Below are positions 11,924 to 25,660 of a stretch of 32,000 nucleotides of DNA, piece after piece. The notes beneath the pieces are model-generated. The model saw only the letters and a program-made list of their open reading frames with translations. It searched no databases and was not told where the DNA came from. Numbering within the stretch: position 1 is the first letter of the stretch; every line of letters starts with the position of its first letter. Where the stretch lies: NCBI RefSeq assembly GCF_900113665.1, contig NZ_FOQD01000003.1, positions 258,659 to 290,658 of the forward strand, read 5' to 3'. The stretch is from Planctomicrobium piriforme (GTDB taxonomy: Bacteria > Planctomycetota > Planctomycetia > Planctomycetales > Planctomycetaceae). The position numbers and the translations under genes were made by a program.

Positions 11924-12615
11924 TCACCGTCAGAGGTCGTCACTTCGATCTCGCCATCCAGCCGACAGCGGATATGAACATCAGCAGCGAGGTCATCCAC
12001 GATATCTTCGTGTGTCGTCACCAGCAGAAAGCCGATTCCAGTCCGGTTGGCGAGCCGGGAGAGATTCGACGCAATCACTCTGGCGAGTCGGCGATCAAGC
12101 GTCGCGGTGAATTCATCCGCCACAATCCAGTCGGCCTGTTGCGACACAGCGAGTGCCAGCAGAAAACGGTAACGCTGTCCATCTGAAAGCTCTGAGGGAG
12201 TTCGCAACATTAGCTGCGCTTCACCCAGTCCGCACGCGGCGAGCAAGGCCAGACCGTCGGCCACCGCCCCCGGCAACAGGTCGACCAGGCAACGGTCGTC
12301 CAGCGTCAAATCGGCAAGCGAAATAACGCGAGCACCCGCTGCCTTCAACTGCTCCGCCGCTGACCTCAACAAAGAAGACTTGCCAGACCCGCTTTCACCG
12401 GTGAACAACACGACGCTGCCAGGCTGCACGCTGAACTGCAAATCACGGGCGATGATATGTTCCCCCTGTTCGAAATCGATGCCGAACTGATCCATCACGA
12501 CCGACGCACGCGTTGAGTTCACTCTCGGGCGGAAGTGATGAGAGACGGACAAGCTGAGAGTTTGGGCGGGCGATGGCATGAATGGGAGGGGGCTCGACGG
12601 GGGGGAATTTGTCAT
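11812..12615 (-). CDS. ABC-type ATPase (zero-frame product; a fusion to GNAT is likely)
   Basis: Walker A GESGSGKSSLL, signature-like LSDGQRYR, Walker B WIVADEFTATLD, H-loop VTTHE. After KKK (the A9 tract) the zero-frame tail RCGSPTSSGSPPRPSPTGRTSLGG is low-complexity, with third-position GC of only 16/32. Confidence 0.85.
   Translation of the reverse strand: MTNSPPSSPLPFMPSPAQTLSLSVSHHFRPRVNSTRASVVMDQFGIDFEQGEHIIARDLQFSVQPGSVVLFTGESGSGKSSLLRSAAEQLKAAGARVISLADLTLDDRCLVDLLPGAVADGLALLAACGLGEAQLMLRTPSELSDGQRYRFLLALAVSQQADWIVADEFTATLDRRLARVIASNLSRLANRTGIGFLLVTTHEDIVDDLAADVHIRCRLDGEIEVTTSDGDLKKKRCGSPTSSGSPPRPSPTGRTSLGGIIAATASG
11911..11919 (-). other. A9 homopolymer (T9 on the plus strand) at the ATPase/GNAT junction; candidate -1 slip site
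   Basis: The minus strand reads ctc aaa aaa aaa cgc. Re-reading the last A gives acg ctg cgg..., which is the GNAT frame. A_AAA_AAA fits the X_XXY_YYZ slippery pattern, and A9 runs are known transcriptional slippage sites. Confidence 0.7.
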
Positions 12616-12695
12616 TTGTCATTTGTCATTTGTCATTTGTCATTTGTCATTGGCTATTGGCTATTGGCTATTGGCTGACTGCTGATAGCTGACCG
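12608..12695. repeat. Compound heptanucleotide tandem array spanning the ATPase start codon
   Basis: Plus strand: (TTTGTCA)x6 at 12608-12649, (TTGGCTA)x3 at 12650-12670, then GCTGACT/GCTGATA/GCTGACC at 12674-12694, abutting the ParB-like stop at 12696. Minus strand: (TAGCCAA)3(TGACAAA)6, with the ATPase ATG (12615) formed by the last unit. A C7 run (12599-12605) follows in codons 4-6. Confidence 0.95.
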
Positions 12696-13280
12696 CTACG
12701 ATGCAGCCTGATTGCGGATGTGGAGGCGGAGGTCGGGGTAGCGCGTCAAGAGGGAATCGAGTTCTTGCTGTACCTCGGGCCAGACATCGGGGGGGACTTC
12801 GAGGGTCACCTGCAGGAGTCCGTTGGTCTCGTCTGCGTTCGCTGCATCCTCTTCCTCGTTCTGATCAACAGGAGCGAGCAGCAGGTCGTGCAGTTGTTGG
12901 GCATCGAAGCCTGTCAGCGTCGCGTCGAACTCCGGAAGTTCCTGCAGTTCTGCCACCAGATCAATCAGGCGGTCGGGATCCCAATCGCTGCCCACTTCTG
13001 AATTGTTCAACGTGATGTTGAGCGCCTGTTCCCGCTCCAGCGGCAGGTCGACCACCACGCAGTCCACCTCCGTCTCCCCGTGATGTTTGAGGATTGCCAG
13101 CCGCTGGTGACCTGAAACGACATGGCCGGTTCGCTCGTTCCAGACAATTGGCTGCACCAGTTGAAATTCCGCCAGCGACCGTTCCAGTTTCTTCCAGGCG
13201 GCATCGCCCGGCTTCAGGGAAATCCGCGGGTTATACGGCGCGGGATTCAGAGACGTGACGGGCAATGTTTTCAGCAGCAT
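12696..13280 (-). CDS. ParB-like nuclease (ParB/Srx N-terminal) domain protein
   Basis: LNPAPYNPR, IVWNERTGHVVSGHQRLAIL, VDCVVVDLPLEREQALNITLN and the WD...L pattern, as seen in phage ParB-like domains that are often fused to DNA methylases. No methylase domain is present here; the C-terminal half is acidic. Confidence 0.8.
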   Translation of the reverse strand: MLLKTLPVTSLNPAPYNPRISLKPGDAAWKKLERSLAEFQLVQPIVWNERTGHVVSGHQRLAILKHHGETEVDCVVVDLPLEREQALNITLNNSEVGSDWDPDRLIDLVAELQELPEFDATLTGFDAQQLHDLLLAPVDQNEEEDAANADETNGLLQVTLEVPPDVWPEVQQELDSLLTRYPDLRLHIRNQAAS

Positions 13281-13315
13281 GCAGATGTCCGGTTGAGTCA
13301 GGAGGCAGTGAACAT

Positions 13316-13765
13316 TTACGGCGTTTCAAGCTGTGAGCTTTCATCGGAGAACAGCAAGGATTCAGGTTGGTCAGACACGGTGACTGCCGGGTCGTTCCAG
13401 CTCAGTTCTTCATCCAGATCGAGAAACTCAGGCGAGGCCTGAAATTCGGCTCGCAGCTCCCCTTTGATCCGGGCCAGGCAACGCGTGACGTGGCCTTTGG
13501 GATGCCCGAACACGGCGCCGATCCGGTCGAGCGGCCAGCCTGCGTTTTCCCGTAAGGCGAGCATCGCGAGATATTTCCATTTGCGCATATCTTCGCCGGC
13601 GAAATGGTCATGAATGATCTGCCAGAACTGATCCGCCCCGGAACGGGGGAGAACGATTTTGACGCCATTGGGTCGCGATACGGACATCAACTCTCCTTCG
13701 AGGGTGAAGTGCTGCGGCGACAGGTGCTTCAACCAGTTCCGCAACTGTTGCGCAGCAGGCGACAA
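13316..13765 (-). CDS. Small DNA-binding protein with a sigma-70 region-4-like HTH
   Basis: LALRENAGWPLDRIGAVFGHPKGHVTRCLARIKGELR resembles region 4.2. The track start at 13765 is a TTG; the alternative ATG is at 13687. A 6-bp inverted repeat (ccggag-aa-ctccgg, 13770-13783) sits just upstream of the TTG. Confidence 0.6.
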   Translation of the reverse strand: MSPAAQQLRNWLKHLSPQHFTLEGELMSVSRPNGVKIVLPRSGADQFWQIIHDHFAGEDMRKWKYLAMLALRENAGWPLDRIGAVFGHPKGHVTRCLARIKGELRAEFQASPEFLDLDEELSWNDPAVTVSDQPESLLFSDESSQLETP

Positions 13766-13926
13766 ACAGCCGGAGAACTCCGGCTGGCATCGCTGCGCTG
13801 AGATGGTTGATCGGAACAGGCGGTTCTTCCCAGTTCCGATCTGGGATCAGGAAGGCGCAGCCTGACTCTGGTAAACGAGCGCTGGGAAGAGGAGTTGCCA
13901 GGATTTTTGTCACTGCAGATCCGAAC

Positions 13927-13954
13927 GCTGACGGCTGATTGCTGACGTCTGCTG
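13927..13954 (+). repeat. GCTGANN heptad array
   Basis: GCTGACG/GCTGATT/GCTGACG/TCTGCTG. TGA at 13929, 13936 and 13943, which covers all three plus-strand frames. Confidence 0.8.
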
Positions 13955-14019
13955 CCTGTGGCAGACTGTTCTCATCCCCAATGGGTCGCAACAATGAGCG
14001 GGACTGGAAACTGAGATTT

Positions 14020-14039
14020 GTTTCGGATTTCGTGCTTCG
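14020..14039 (+). repeat. 20-nt repeat, left copy (gtttcggatttcgtgcttcg)
   Basis: Exact second copy at 15422-15441. The unit tttcggattt recurs at 14042-14051, and a small hairpin (cggatt-tccg-aatccg) follows. Confidence 0.9.
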
Positions 14040-14066
14040 TATTTCGGATTTCCGAATCCGCCTGCC

Positions 14067-15380
14067 GTGGACTCCTGCATCATGACCGACCGATTTCCGG
14101 AGACGCTCTCCCGCGAAGAACTCGCAGCACGGCAACTGAACCGGCTGAACGGCCTGCTGCAGGAAGTGAGTGAGAGCAATTCGTTCTGGAAGTTGCGGCT
14201 GCCGACCGACGTGCAGGCCGCCCCCTTGAATGACCTGACCGAACTCTCGCAAATTCCGTTTCTGACGAAGCAGGAGATCGTTGCCGACCAGCAGAGCCGT
14301 CCGCCGTTTGGAACAAACCTCACCTATCCGCTGACACATTACAGTCGGGTGCATCAGACATCAGGGACGACCGGTCAACCGCTCCGCTGGCTCGACACGC
14401 CTGACAGTTGGTCGTGGCTGATGGGACTATGGGAACAGATTTATCGACTTGTGGGCATCCGTCGTGAAGATGTGTTCGCGTTTCCTTTCTCATTCGGCCC
14501 CTTCATCGGGTTCTGGGCTGCGTTCGAAGGAGCGCAGCGGCTGGGGAACCTGTCGCTGACGATGGGAGGGATGAGCAGCGATGCCCGACTGAAGATGATG
14601 TTGGAGATGCAAGCGACCGTCGTCTGCTGCACGCCCACCTACGCACTGCGATTGGCGGATGTCGCCGAGCAGACAGGCATTCCCTTAGCCGACAGCGCCG
14701 TGCGGATGCTGATTCTGGCCGGAGAACCTGGCGCGGCGGTCCCTGCAGTGCGACAGCGGATCGAAGCGGCCTGGGGGGCTCGGGTGATCGATCACTGGGG
14801 CATGACCGACATTGGCTCGCTGGGAATCGAAACCTGGGACGCGCCAGGCGAGCTGTCGATTCTCGAAACCGAATGCATCGCGGAGATCATCGAGCAGAAC
14901 GGAACACTGCCCGTCGCGCCCGGTGAGATGGGGGAACTCGTCATCACCAATCTGGGACGCTGGGGCCAGCCGGTGATTCGGTATCGCACCGGCGATCTCG
15001 TGCGTGCGGTGACCACGCTAAGCAAAAACGGCTTATCTCTGTTACGACTGGAAGGGGGCATTCTCAGCCGTGCTGACGACATGGTGACGATTCGCGGAAA
15101 CAATGTGTTTCCGACCAGCGTCGATGCCGTGATTCGCGAGTTCACCGAGATCGCGGAATACCGGACGACGGTGGTGACGCGGCGGTCGATGCCGCATCTG
15201 ATCATCGAGATCGAACCGGCCTCAATGAGCGACGGTCAAGCAGATGGCGTGCGAGCGCTGGTCGCACGCGTGGAGCGGACGATCAAGGACCGTCTCAATT
15301 TTCAGGCAGAAGTGGTCACGGTCGAGTCGCTGCCGCGCTTTGAACTCAAGGGCCGGCGATTCTTTCGACAAGACAGATAG
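14067..15380 (+). CDS. Phenylacetate-CoA ligase / coenzyme F390 synthetase family adenylate-forming enzyme
   Basis: HQTSGTTGQPLRW AMP-binding motif, FGPFIGFWA, CTPTYALRLA, ILAGEPG, YRTGD. The length and layout fit the PaaK family (COG1541). An alternative start is ATG at 14082. Confidence 0.8.
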   Translation: MDSCIMTDRFPETLSREELAARQLNRLNGLLQEVSESNSFWKLRLPTDVQAAPLNDLTELSQIPFLTKQEIVADQQSRPPFGTNLTYPLTHYSRVHQTSGTTGQPLRWLDTPDSWSWLMGLWEQIYRLVGIRREDVFAFPFSFGPFIGFWAAFEGAQRLGNLSLTMGGMSSDARLKMMLEMQATVVCCTPTYALRLADVAEQTGIPLADSAVRMLILAGEPGAAVPAVRQRIEAAWGARVIDHWGMTDIGSLGIETWDAPGELSILETECIAEIIEQNGTLPVAPGEMGELVITNLGRWGQPVIRYRTGDLVRAVTTLSKNGLSLLRLEGGILSRADDMVTIRGNNVFPTSVDAVIREFTEIAEYRTTVVTRRSMPHLIIEIEPASMSDGQADGVRALVARVERTIKDRLNFQAEVVTVESLPRFELKGRRFFRQDR

Positions 15381-15393
15381 GTCAGAGAAAATT

Positions 15394-15434
15394 CGAAATC
15401 CGAAGGACGAAGTTCAGCTTCGTTTCGGATTTCG
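15394..15434. terminator. Long hairpin between convergent genes, a likely bidirectional terminator; it overlaps all but the last 7 nt of the right copy (15422-15441) of the 20-nt repeat
   Basis: cgaaatccgaa-gg-acgaag / loop ttcag / cttcgt-ttcggatttcg gives 17 paired bases with a 2-nt bulge. It lies 14 nt after the ligase stop and 17 nt before the end of the minus-strand gene. No clear U-tract. Confidence 0.5.
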
Positions 15435-15450
15435 TGCTTCGAGATTTCCC

Positions 15451-16305
15451 TTATTTGGATCGTTGAGCCACGAGCTTCTGCTGGTACTCCTGGAACGTCA
15501 TCCAGCGAATGTCATTGGAGCGCAGTTGCTTTTCCCAATGGCTGATGTGCCGGCGGTCGACTGACTGGAATTCCCAGGTGAACTGGTGTTCGGCGCGGTA
15601 CTGCATCTGCTTGCCGCGCGGCGCGGAGCCGTTCTGCAGATTCAAGGTCTCGAACTGCAGGTCGACCTGCGTCGGCAACAGCTCTTCGCGTCGGAGCGCC
15701 TCATTCAGTTTCAGGCGGACGTCGGGAAAGTTTGATGACGGGTGCAGCACGAAGTTCAATCGCGCGGCCCAGTCGGCATAGTCGAGATACTGCCGGACAA
15801 ACTGCGGCGAATCGAGCTTCGTGGTCTTCACGGTATAAGTCAGCGGCTCGGCCTTCATTTCGAAGACGTTACGATTCTCTGACAGGTTCGACTGGAACTC
15901 GGGGTTCAACTGAAAGTTCATCAGCATTCCGAGCCGCCGGGAGTTGTCGTCGGACTGCTGCAGCAATTTCTCGACCACCTGTACAGATTCGGTTCTGGTC
16001 GATTCGAGCGAATGATTGATCTCGGCAAAGGGGACTTCCGTCGCGGAAAAATTCTTGCCGAGAATCACGAAGCGATGATGCACCGGTTCGAAGATCAACA
16101 CTTCACCGGCCTCTTCCATGTAGTCGTACACCTTGCCCGCGTGAAACAGGGTGAGGCTGTGCGAGACCGCGCGTGATGGGGCTGGTGCGCGAGAAAGTTC
16201 GCTAACGGTGGTATAGACCCGCATGTCCTGAGCGGACACTGGTGAGGAACTGACGGCCCATCCCAACAGCAGCGCGACAGCCAGGCAGAGAGTGCGGTTG
16301 AGCAC
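15451..16305 (-). CDS. Secreted hypothetical protein
   Basis: Signal peptide MLNRTLCLAVALLLGWAVSSSPVSAQD. The 284-aa ORF has coherent composition but no motif I recognise. Confidence 0.65.
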   Translation of the reverse strand: MLNRTLCLAVALLLGWAVSSSPVSAQDMRVYTTVSELSRAPAPSRAVSHSLTLFHAGKVYDYMEEAGEVLIFEPVHHRFVILGKNFSATEVPFAEINHSLESTRTESVQVVEKLLQQSDDNSRRLGMLMNFQLNPEFQSNLSENRNVFEMKAEPLTYTVKTTKLDSPQFVRQYLDYADWAARLNFVLHPSSNFPDVRLKLNEALRREELLPTQVDLQFETLNLQNGSAPRGKQMQYRAEHQFTWEFQSVDRRHISHWEKQLRSNDIRWMTFQEYQQKLVAQRSK

Positions 16306-16721
16306 GGTGAAAACTCCGTGAGCGTGGGATGGGGCGAGGGATCGGATCGGCGGGAAAACAAGACCAGCGAATGTCGGTCTCGGCGGGAATCTCGAGAGCG
16401 CCGGACTCTACCGGCGTTCATCCAGCCGGGGAAGGGGGCCATGCTCGCCGCCGTGCCAGACCCCTGATCACCCTGCAGGAACTGCCGGACGAGCCGCACT
16501 TTCTCGCGAATTGACCGGTGAGCGCTCGGCGAATTCCCTACGCCCGGACCAACCGGCACAGCTGGACAGGCTGAAAGCAGCGTTTTGCGGCATCCAGCAG
16601 ACAGGCTTTCCAGCGTGACCTAAGTTCAGAGAGCAGACGGCGTGTCTCGACATGCCCCAACGGGCCGATCGTGCGCATTCCGATCGTTTCCCGACGCAGG
16701 ACGTGGTACAGGATCTCCGAG

Positions 16722-17639
16722 ATGGTTTCGGTGTTAACGGAACAAATGGAAGCAGACGTCATCGCCATTCCTTCCAATGTGATGGACCGGATGGGAGGAC
16801 GCCTGCAGAAGATGCAGATGCTGCCGGCGATTGCGCAGCAGGCCCTCGAAATGGTGAAAGACCCGGACTGCACCATCCGGGAATTCGCCAAGGTCATCGA
16901 GCAGGACATCAAGCTGGCGACGGAAATGCTGAAGGTGGCGAACAGCGCCATCTATTCGCAGGGACGTCCCATCGCGAGCCTGTCTGATGCGGCCATGCGG
17001 CTGGGAATGAATCAGTGCAAGAACCTGATTCTGACCTCGAGCTTCGCCAGTCTGATCGAGAATTTCACCCTCGAAGAAGAATGGGTTCGCGAGCTGCTGT
17101 GGCGGCACGGTCTGGCCGCGGCGGTCATCGCCTCAAACCTGAACCGGTCGCTGAAGATCGGTTTTCTGGGAGAAGAATTCACCGGCGGCCTCGTCCATGA
17201 CATCGGCCGCATCCTGCTGGCGGTTGCACTTCCGGATCTGTTTCTGAACGGCGACCCGGTCGACTTCCAGGAACACCGCGCAGACCGTTTGCGAATCGAA
17301 CAGCAGACCTGGGGCACGACGCATACCGAAGTGGGAGCGTGGTTCGCCGTTGAGAACCGGCTGCCGGGCTGTCTGGTTTCGGCCATCCGCTACCACCACT
17401 TCCCGGCCCGCGCGCCCAAAGATCATCAGCGACTGGTCGCACTGGTCTCCGTCGCGGACGACATGGCCAATTATGTGCAGCGGAACGAGTCCGGCACTGG
17501 TTACGATCCGGCGACAAATCCTTACATCAAACTGCTCGAAGAATGCGGCGTGAAAAACGCCCGCAAGAACTTCGACGAGCATGCCGCACCGATCCTGGAG
17601 AAGTCGTGCCAGGACGCACTGGAACTCTGCGGGATCTGA
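16722..17639 (+). CDS. HDOD domain signalling protein
   Basis: LPAIAQQALEMVKDPDCTIREFAKVIEQDIKLATEMLKVANSAIYS, GGLVHDIGRILL, HTEVGAWF, IRYHH. The start is placed at ATG 16722; the track start at 16671 is also possible. Confidence 0.8.
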   Translation: MVSVLTEQMEADVIAIPSNVMDRMGGRLQKMQMLPAIAQQALEMVKDPDCTIREFAKVIEQDIKLATEMLKVANSAIYSQGRPIASLSDAAMRLGMNQCKNLILTSSFASLIENFTLEEEWVRELLWRHGLAAAVIASNLNRSLKIGFLGEEFTGGLVHDIGRILLAVALPDLFLNGDPVDFQEHRADRLRIEQQTWGTTHTEVGAWFAVENRLPGCLVSAIRYHHFPARAPKDHQRLVALVSVADDMANYVQRNESGTGYDPATNPYIKLLEECGVKNARKNFDEHAAPILEKSCQDALELCGI

Positions 17640-17688
17640 CGGGCTTCACTCCTGATGACCGTCATCAGACGAGTGAAGTCCCAATACT

Positions 17689-17732
17689 CCCCTCACCCCA
17701 ACCCTCTCCCCGGAGTACCGGGGCGAGGGAGC
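17689..17732. repeat. 44-nt REP-like element with an internal hairpin
   Basis: cccctcaccccaaccctctccccggagtaccggggcgagggagc, with stem ccccgg/ccgggg around agta. It lies between the convergent HDOD and gltD genes. The reverse complement of 25772-25815 matches at 39/44 positions (hand alignment). Confidence 0.85.
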
Positions 17733-17760
17733 CGTTCCACTCTCGAACTGCGGCGGCTGG

Positions 17761-19281
<1,521 letters not shown>

Positions 19282-19303
19282 GCGATCAAGTCTTTAGTTG
19301 TCA

Positions 19304-19338
19304 GTAGTCAGTGATCAGGTGTCAGTAGAACGCCGCGA
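19304..19338. repeat. Heptad array between gltB and gltD
   Basis: Plus strand: TTAGTTG/TCAGTAG/TCAGTGA/TCAGGTG/TCAGTAG. The minus strand carries TGA x4 and one TAA at 7-nt spacing. The plus strand has TAG/TAG/TGA/TAG, covering all three frames. Confidence 0.85.
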
Positions 19339-19359
19339 TTGCTGCCGCATGCCAGATGA

Positions 19360-23991
<4,632 letters not shown>

Positions 23992-24037
23992 GGCAATCGA
24001 TATCAAAACTTGGTTCGTCCTGTTGGACGAATGATTT

Positions 24038-24589
24038 TCACGCAAAAAACCGGCTCGCGGGCGTCTCGAAACCGGGTAGTAATTCAGGGAACGTCACCAG
24101 TTCATCCCCGGCAAATCGCGCTGGAGGCTGGATGTCGTGATAAGTGCGGACTGCTTCTTCATCGGGGTCAACTAAGCAAACGACGCTGACGCCGATTTCA
24201 AGAAACTCAGCGATTCTGGAGTAAACCTGTGGCCAGCGATCCGAGGGAGATTTCACTTCAAACACAACATCCGGAGCGACTCGCAGATAGCCCTGCGGCA
24301 GTCGCCCGCGAGGAACCTTAGAGTAGCTGACGAACCAGACATCGCCGCCGCGAACGGTGTCGGGGTCGCGGGCGGTGATGATTCCGGAATCGTTGGTAAC
24401 AAGGTGCCCTGACGGCGACTGTTCCAGATACTGGCGGATGAGGAAGTATGCATTGCCGCACACCTGACCATGTCGGGGCGAAGGCTGGTTCAACTGGACA
24501 ATCTCCCCGCGCACGAGTTCGGTCACAGCGCCGGAATTCGGCAGCCGGGCGTACTCTTCAGCGGTCAGGAGTTGAGTCAGGGTGGCCAT
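24038..24589 (-). CDS. Uma2-family (DUF820) putative PD-(D/E)xK endonuclease
   Basis: MATLTQLLTAEEYARLP..., ELVRGEIV, PDVVFEVKSPSD and the overall 183-aa layout are typical of Uma2. The start is placed at ATG 24589, not the track start at 24679. Confidence 0.75.
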   Translation of the reverse strand: MATLTQLLTAEEYARLPNSGAVTELVRGEIVQLNQPSPRHGQVCGNAYFLIRQYLEQSPSGHLVTNDSGIITARDPDTVRGGDVWFVSYSKVPRGRLPQGYLRVAPDVVFEVKSPSDRWPQVYSRIAEFLEIGVSVVCLVDPDEEAVRTYHDIQPPARFAGDELVTFPELLPGFETPASRFFA

Positions 24590-24694
24590 ATTCGAAATCA
24601 AACTGTCCCTGCGGCGGCGGTGCGGGAAACCGGAGCAAGGGGCGGAAAATAACGACAAATCTTTTGGGACGACGCGCAAGACAAAGCCGACGCG

Positions 24695-25660
24695 TCAGAC
24701 CAGGCCGCCGACGGCGACCTGGCGTTGCACAGGGCTCCCGTCGCCGGGATCCTCGTGCAGGATTTCCACGAATTTCTCTGCGGCGCGCGAGAGGTGCTTA
24801 TGACGTTTGTGGACAATTCCGAGCGGGCGAACAAACTTGACGTCGCTGAATCGAGCGGCATGCAGCGTTCCGAATTCCAGCTCACGACGCAATGTCGGCA
24901 GCGGCAGAATCGCAACACCCAGATCGATTTCCACGGCGCGTTTGATCGTCTCCACGTTATCGAATTGGTGGGTCACGTTCACCGATACGTCGGCCATTTT
25001 CAGCAGTTTTTCTGTCTTTCGACGAATTGTGAGGTCTGCGGAAAAAGCGACAAAATCGAGACCGTCCAGTTCCTTCACCGACACCTGATTGCGGGCTCCC
25101 AGCGGATGGGCTGGGGAAACAGCGACCGCCATTTCCTGATCCTGCCAGGGAATGGAGCCAATCTCACCGCCGTCCCTGGGAAAGGAGACGATCCCGAGAT
25201 CGACTTCATCCCGCAATAACCGGCTGTAAATTGCATCCGGATGGGCGTAGTCCAGATGCAGTTCAATGTCAGGGTAATCTTCTCGAATCCGGGCAACGTA
25301 AGACGACATCTGCAGCAGACCGACCGAGTAGATCGAGGCCACCCGCACTTTGCCGGCGACCCGACCGCTGAACTGATGCACGGCGTCTTCGATGGCTCGG
25401 TAGTCGAGCAGCCATTTCTGGCAGCGCTCGAAGTAAATGGTGCCAGCCGCCGTCAGCTCGATCGGTCGCTTCGAACGGTCGACAAGCGTAACTCCAATAT
25501 CATCTTCAAGTTGCTGCAGAGCCTGACTCACCGCAGGTTGCGAAATCTGCCGCGCCACCGCCGCTTTTGAAAAGCTGCGGTGCGTCGCAATGTCGCAAAA
25601 GATTTCCGTATTGCGGAGGTTCACGGCTCGATAACTGTTTGCAAATAGATCGTCCAGCAC
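24695..25660 (-). CDS. LysR-family transcriptional regulator
   Basis: N-terminal wHTH FCDIATHRSFSKAAVARQISQPAVSQALQQLEDDIGVTLVDR plus a substrate-binding domain. The track start is a GTG at 25660; GTG at 25624 (MNLRNTEIF) looks like a more typical LTTR start. Confidence 0.9.
   Translation of the reverse strand: MLDDLFANSYRAVNLRNTEIFCDIATHRSFSKAAVARQISQPAVSQALQQLEDDIGVTLVDRSKRPIELTAAGTIYFERCQKWLLDYRAIEDAVHQFSGRVAGKVRVASIYSVGLLQMSSYVARIREDYPDIELHLDYAHPDAIYSRLLRDEVDLGIVSFPRDGGEIGSIPWQDQEMAVAVSPAHPLGARNQVSVKELDGLDFVAFSADLTIRRKTEKLLKMADVSVNVTHQFDNVETIKRAVEIDLGVAILPLPTLRRELEFGTLHAARFSDVKFVRPLGIVHKRHKHLSRAAEKFVEILHEDPGDGSPVQRQVAVGGLV

Noticed and set aside
12608-12695. Possible CRISPR array, given the regular short repeats
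   Set aside because: The units are 7 nt and directly tandem with no spacers. No cas genes are present and no 24-40-nt repeat/spacer periodicity exists anywhere in the window.
8625-13765. Interpretation as an intact or recently integrated prophage
   Set aside because: Only packaging-type genes are present. No integrase, portal, capsid, tail or lysis genes, flanking tRNA or att-like direct repeats were seen, and both flanks are ordinary chromosomal genes. A remnant is still possible and is listed as an alternative in the finding.
13608-14354. 248-aa minus-strand ORF spanning the intergenic repeats and the start of the ligase gene
   Set aside because: It reads through the heptad array and the TTCGGATTT repeats, overlaps two better-supported genes, and has no recognisable domain.
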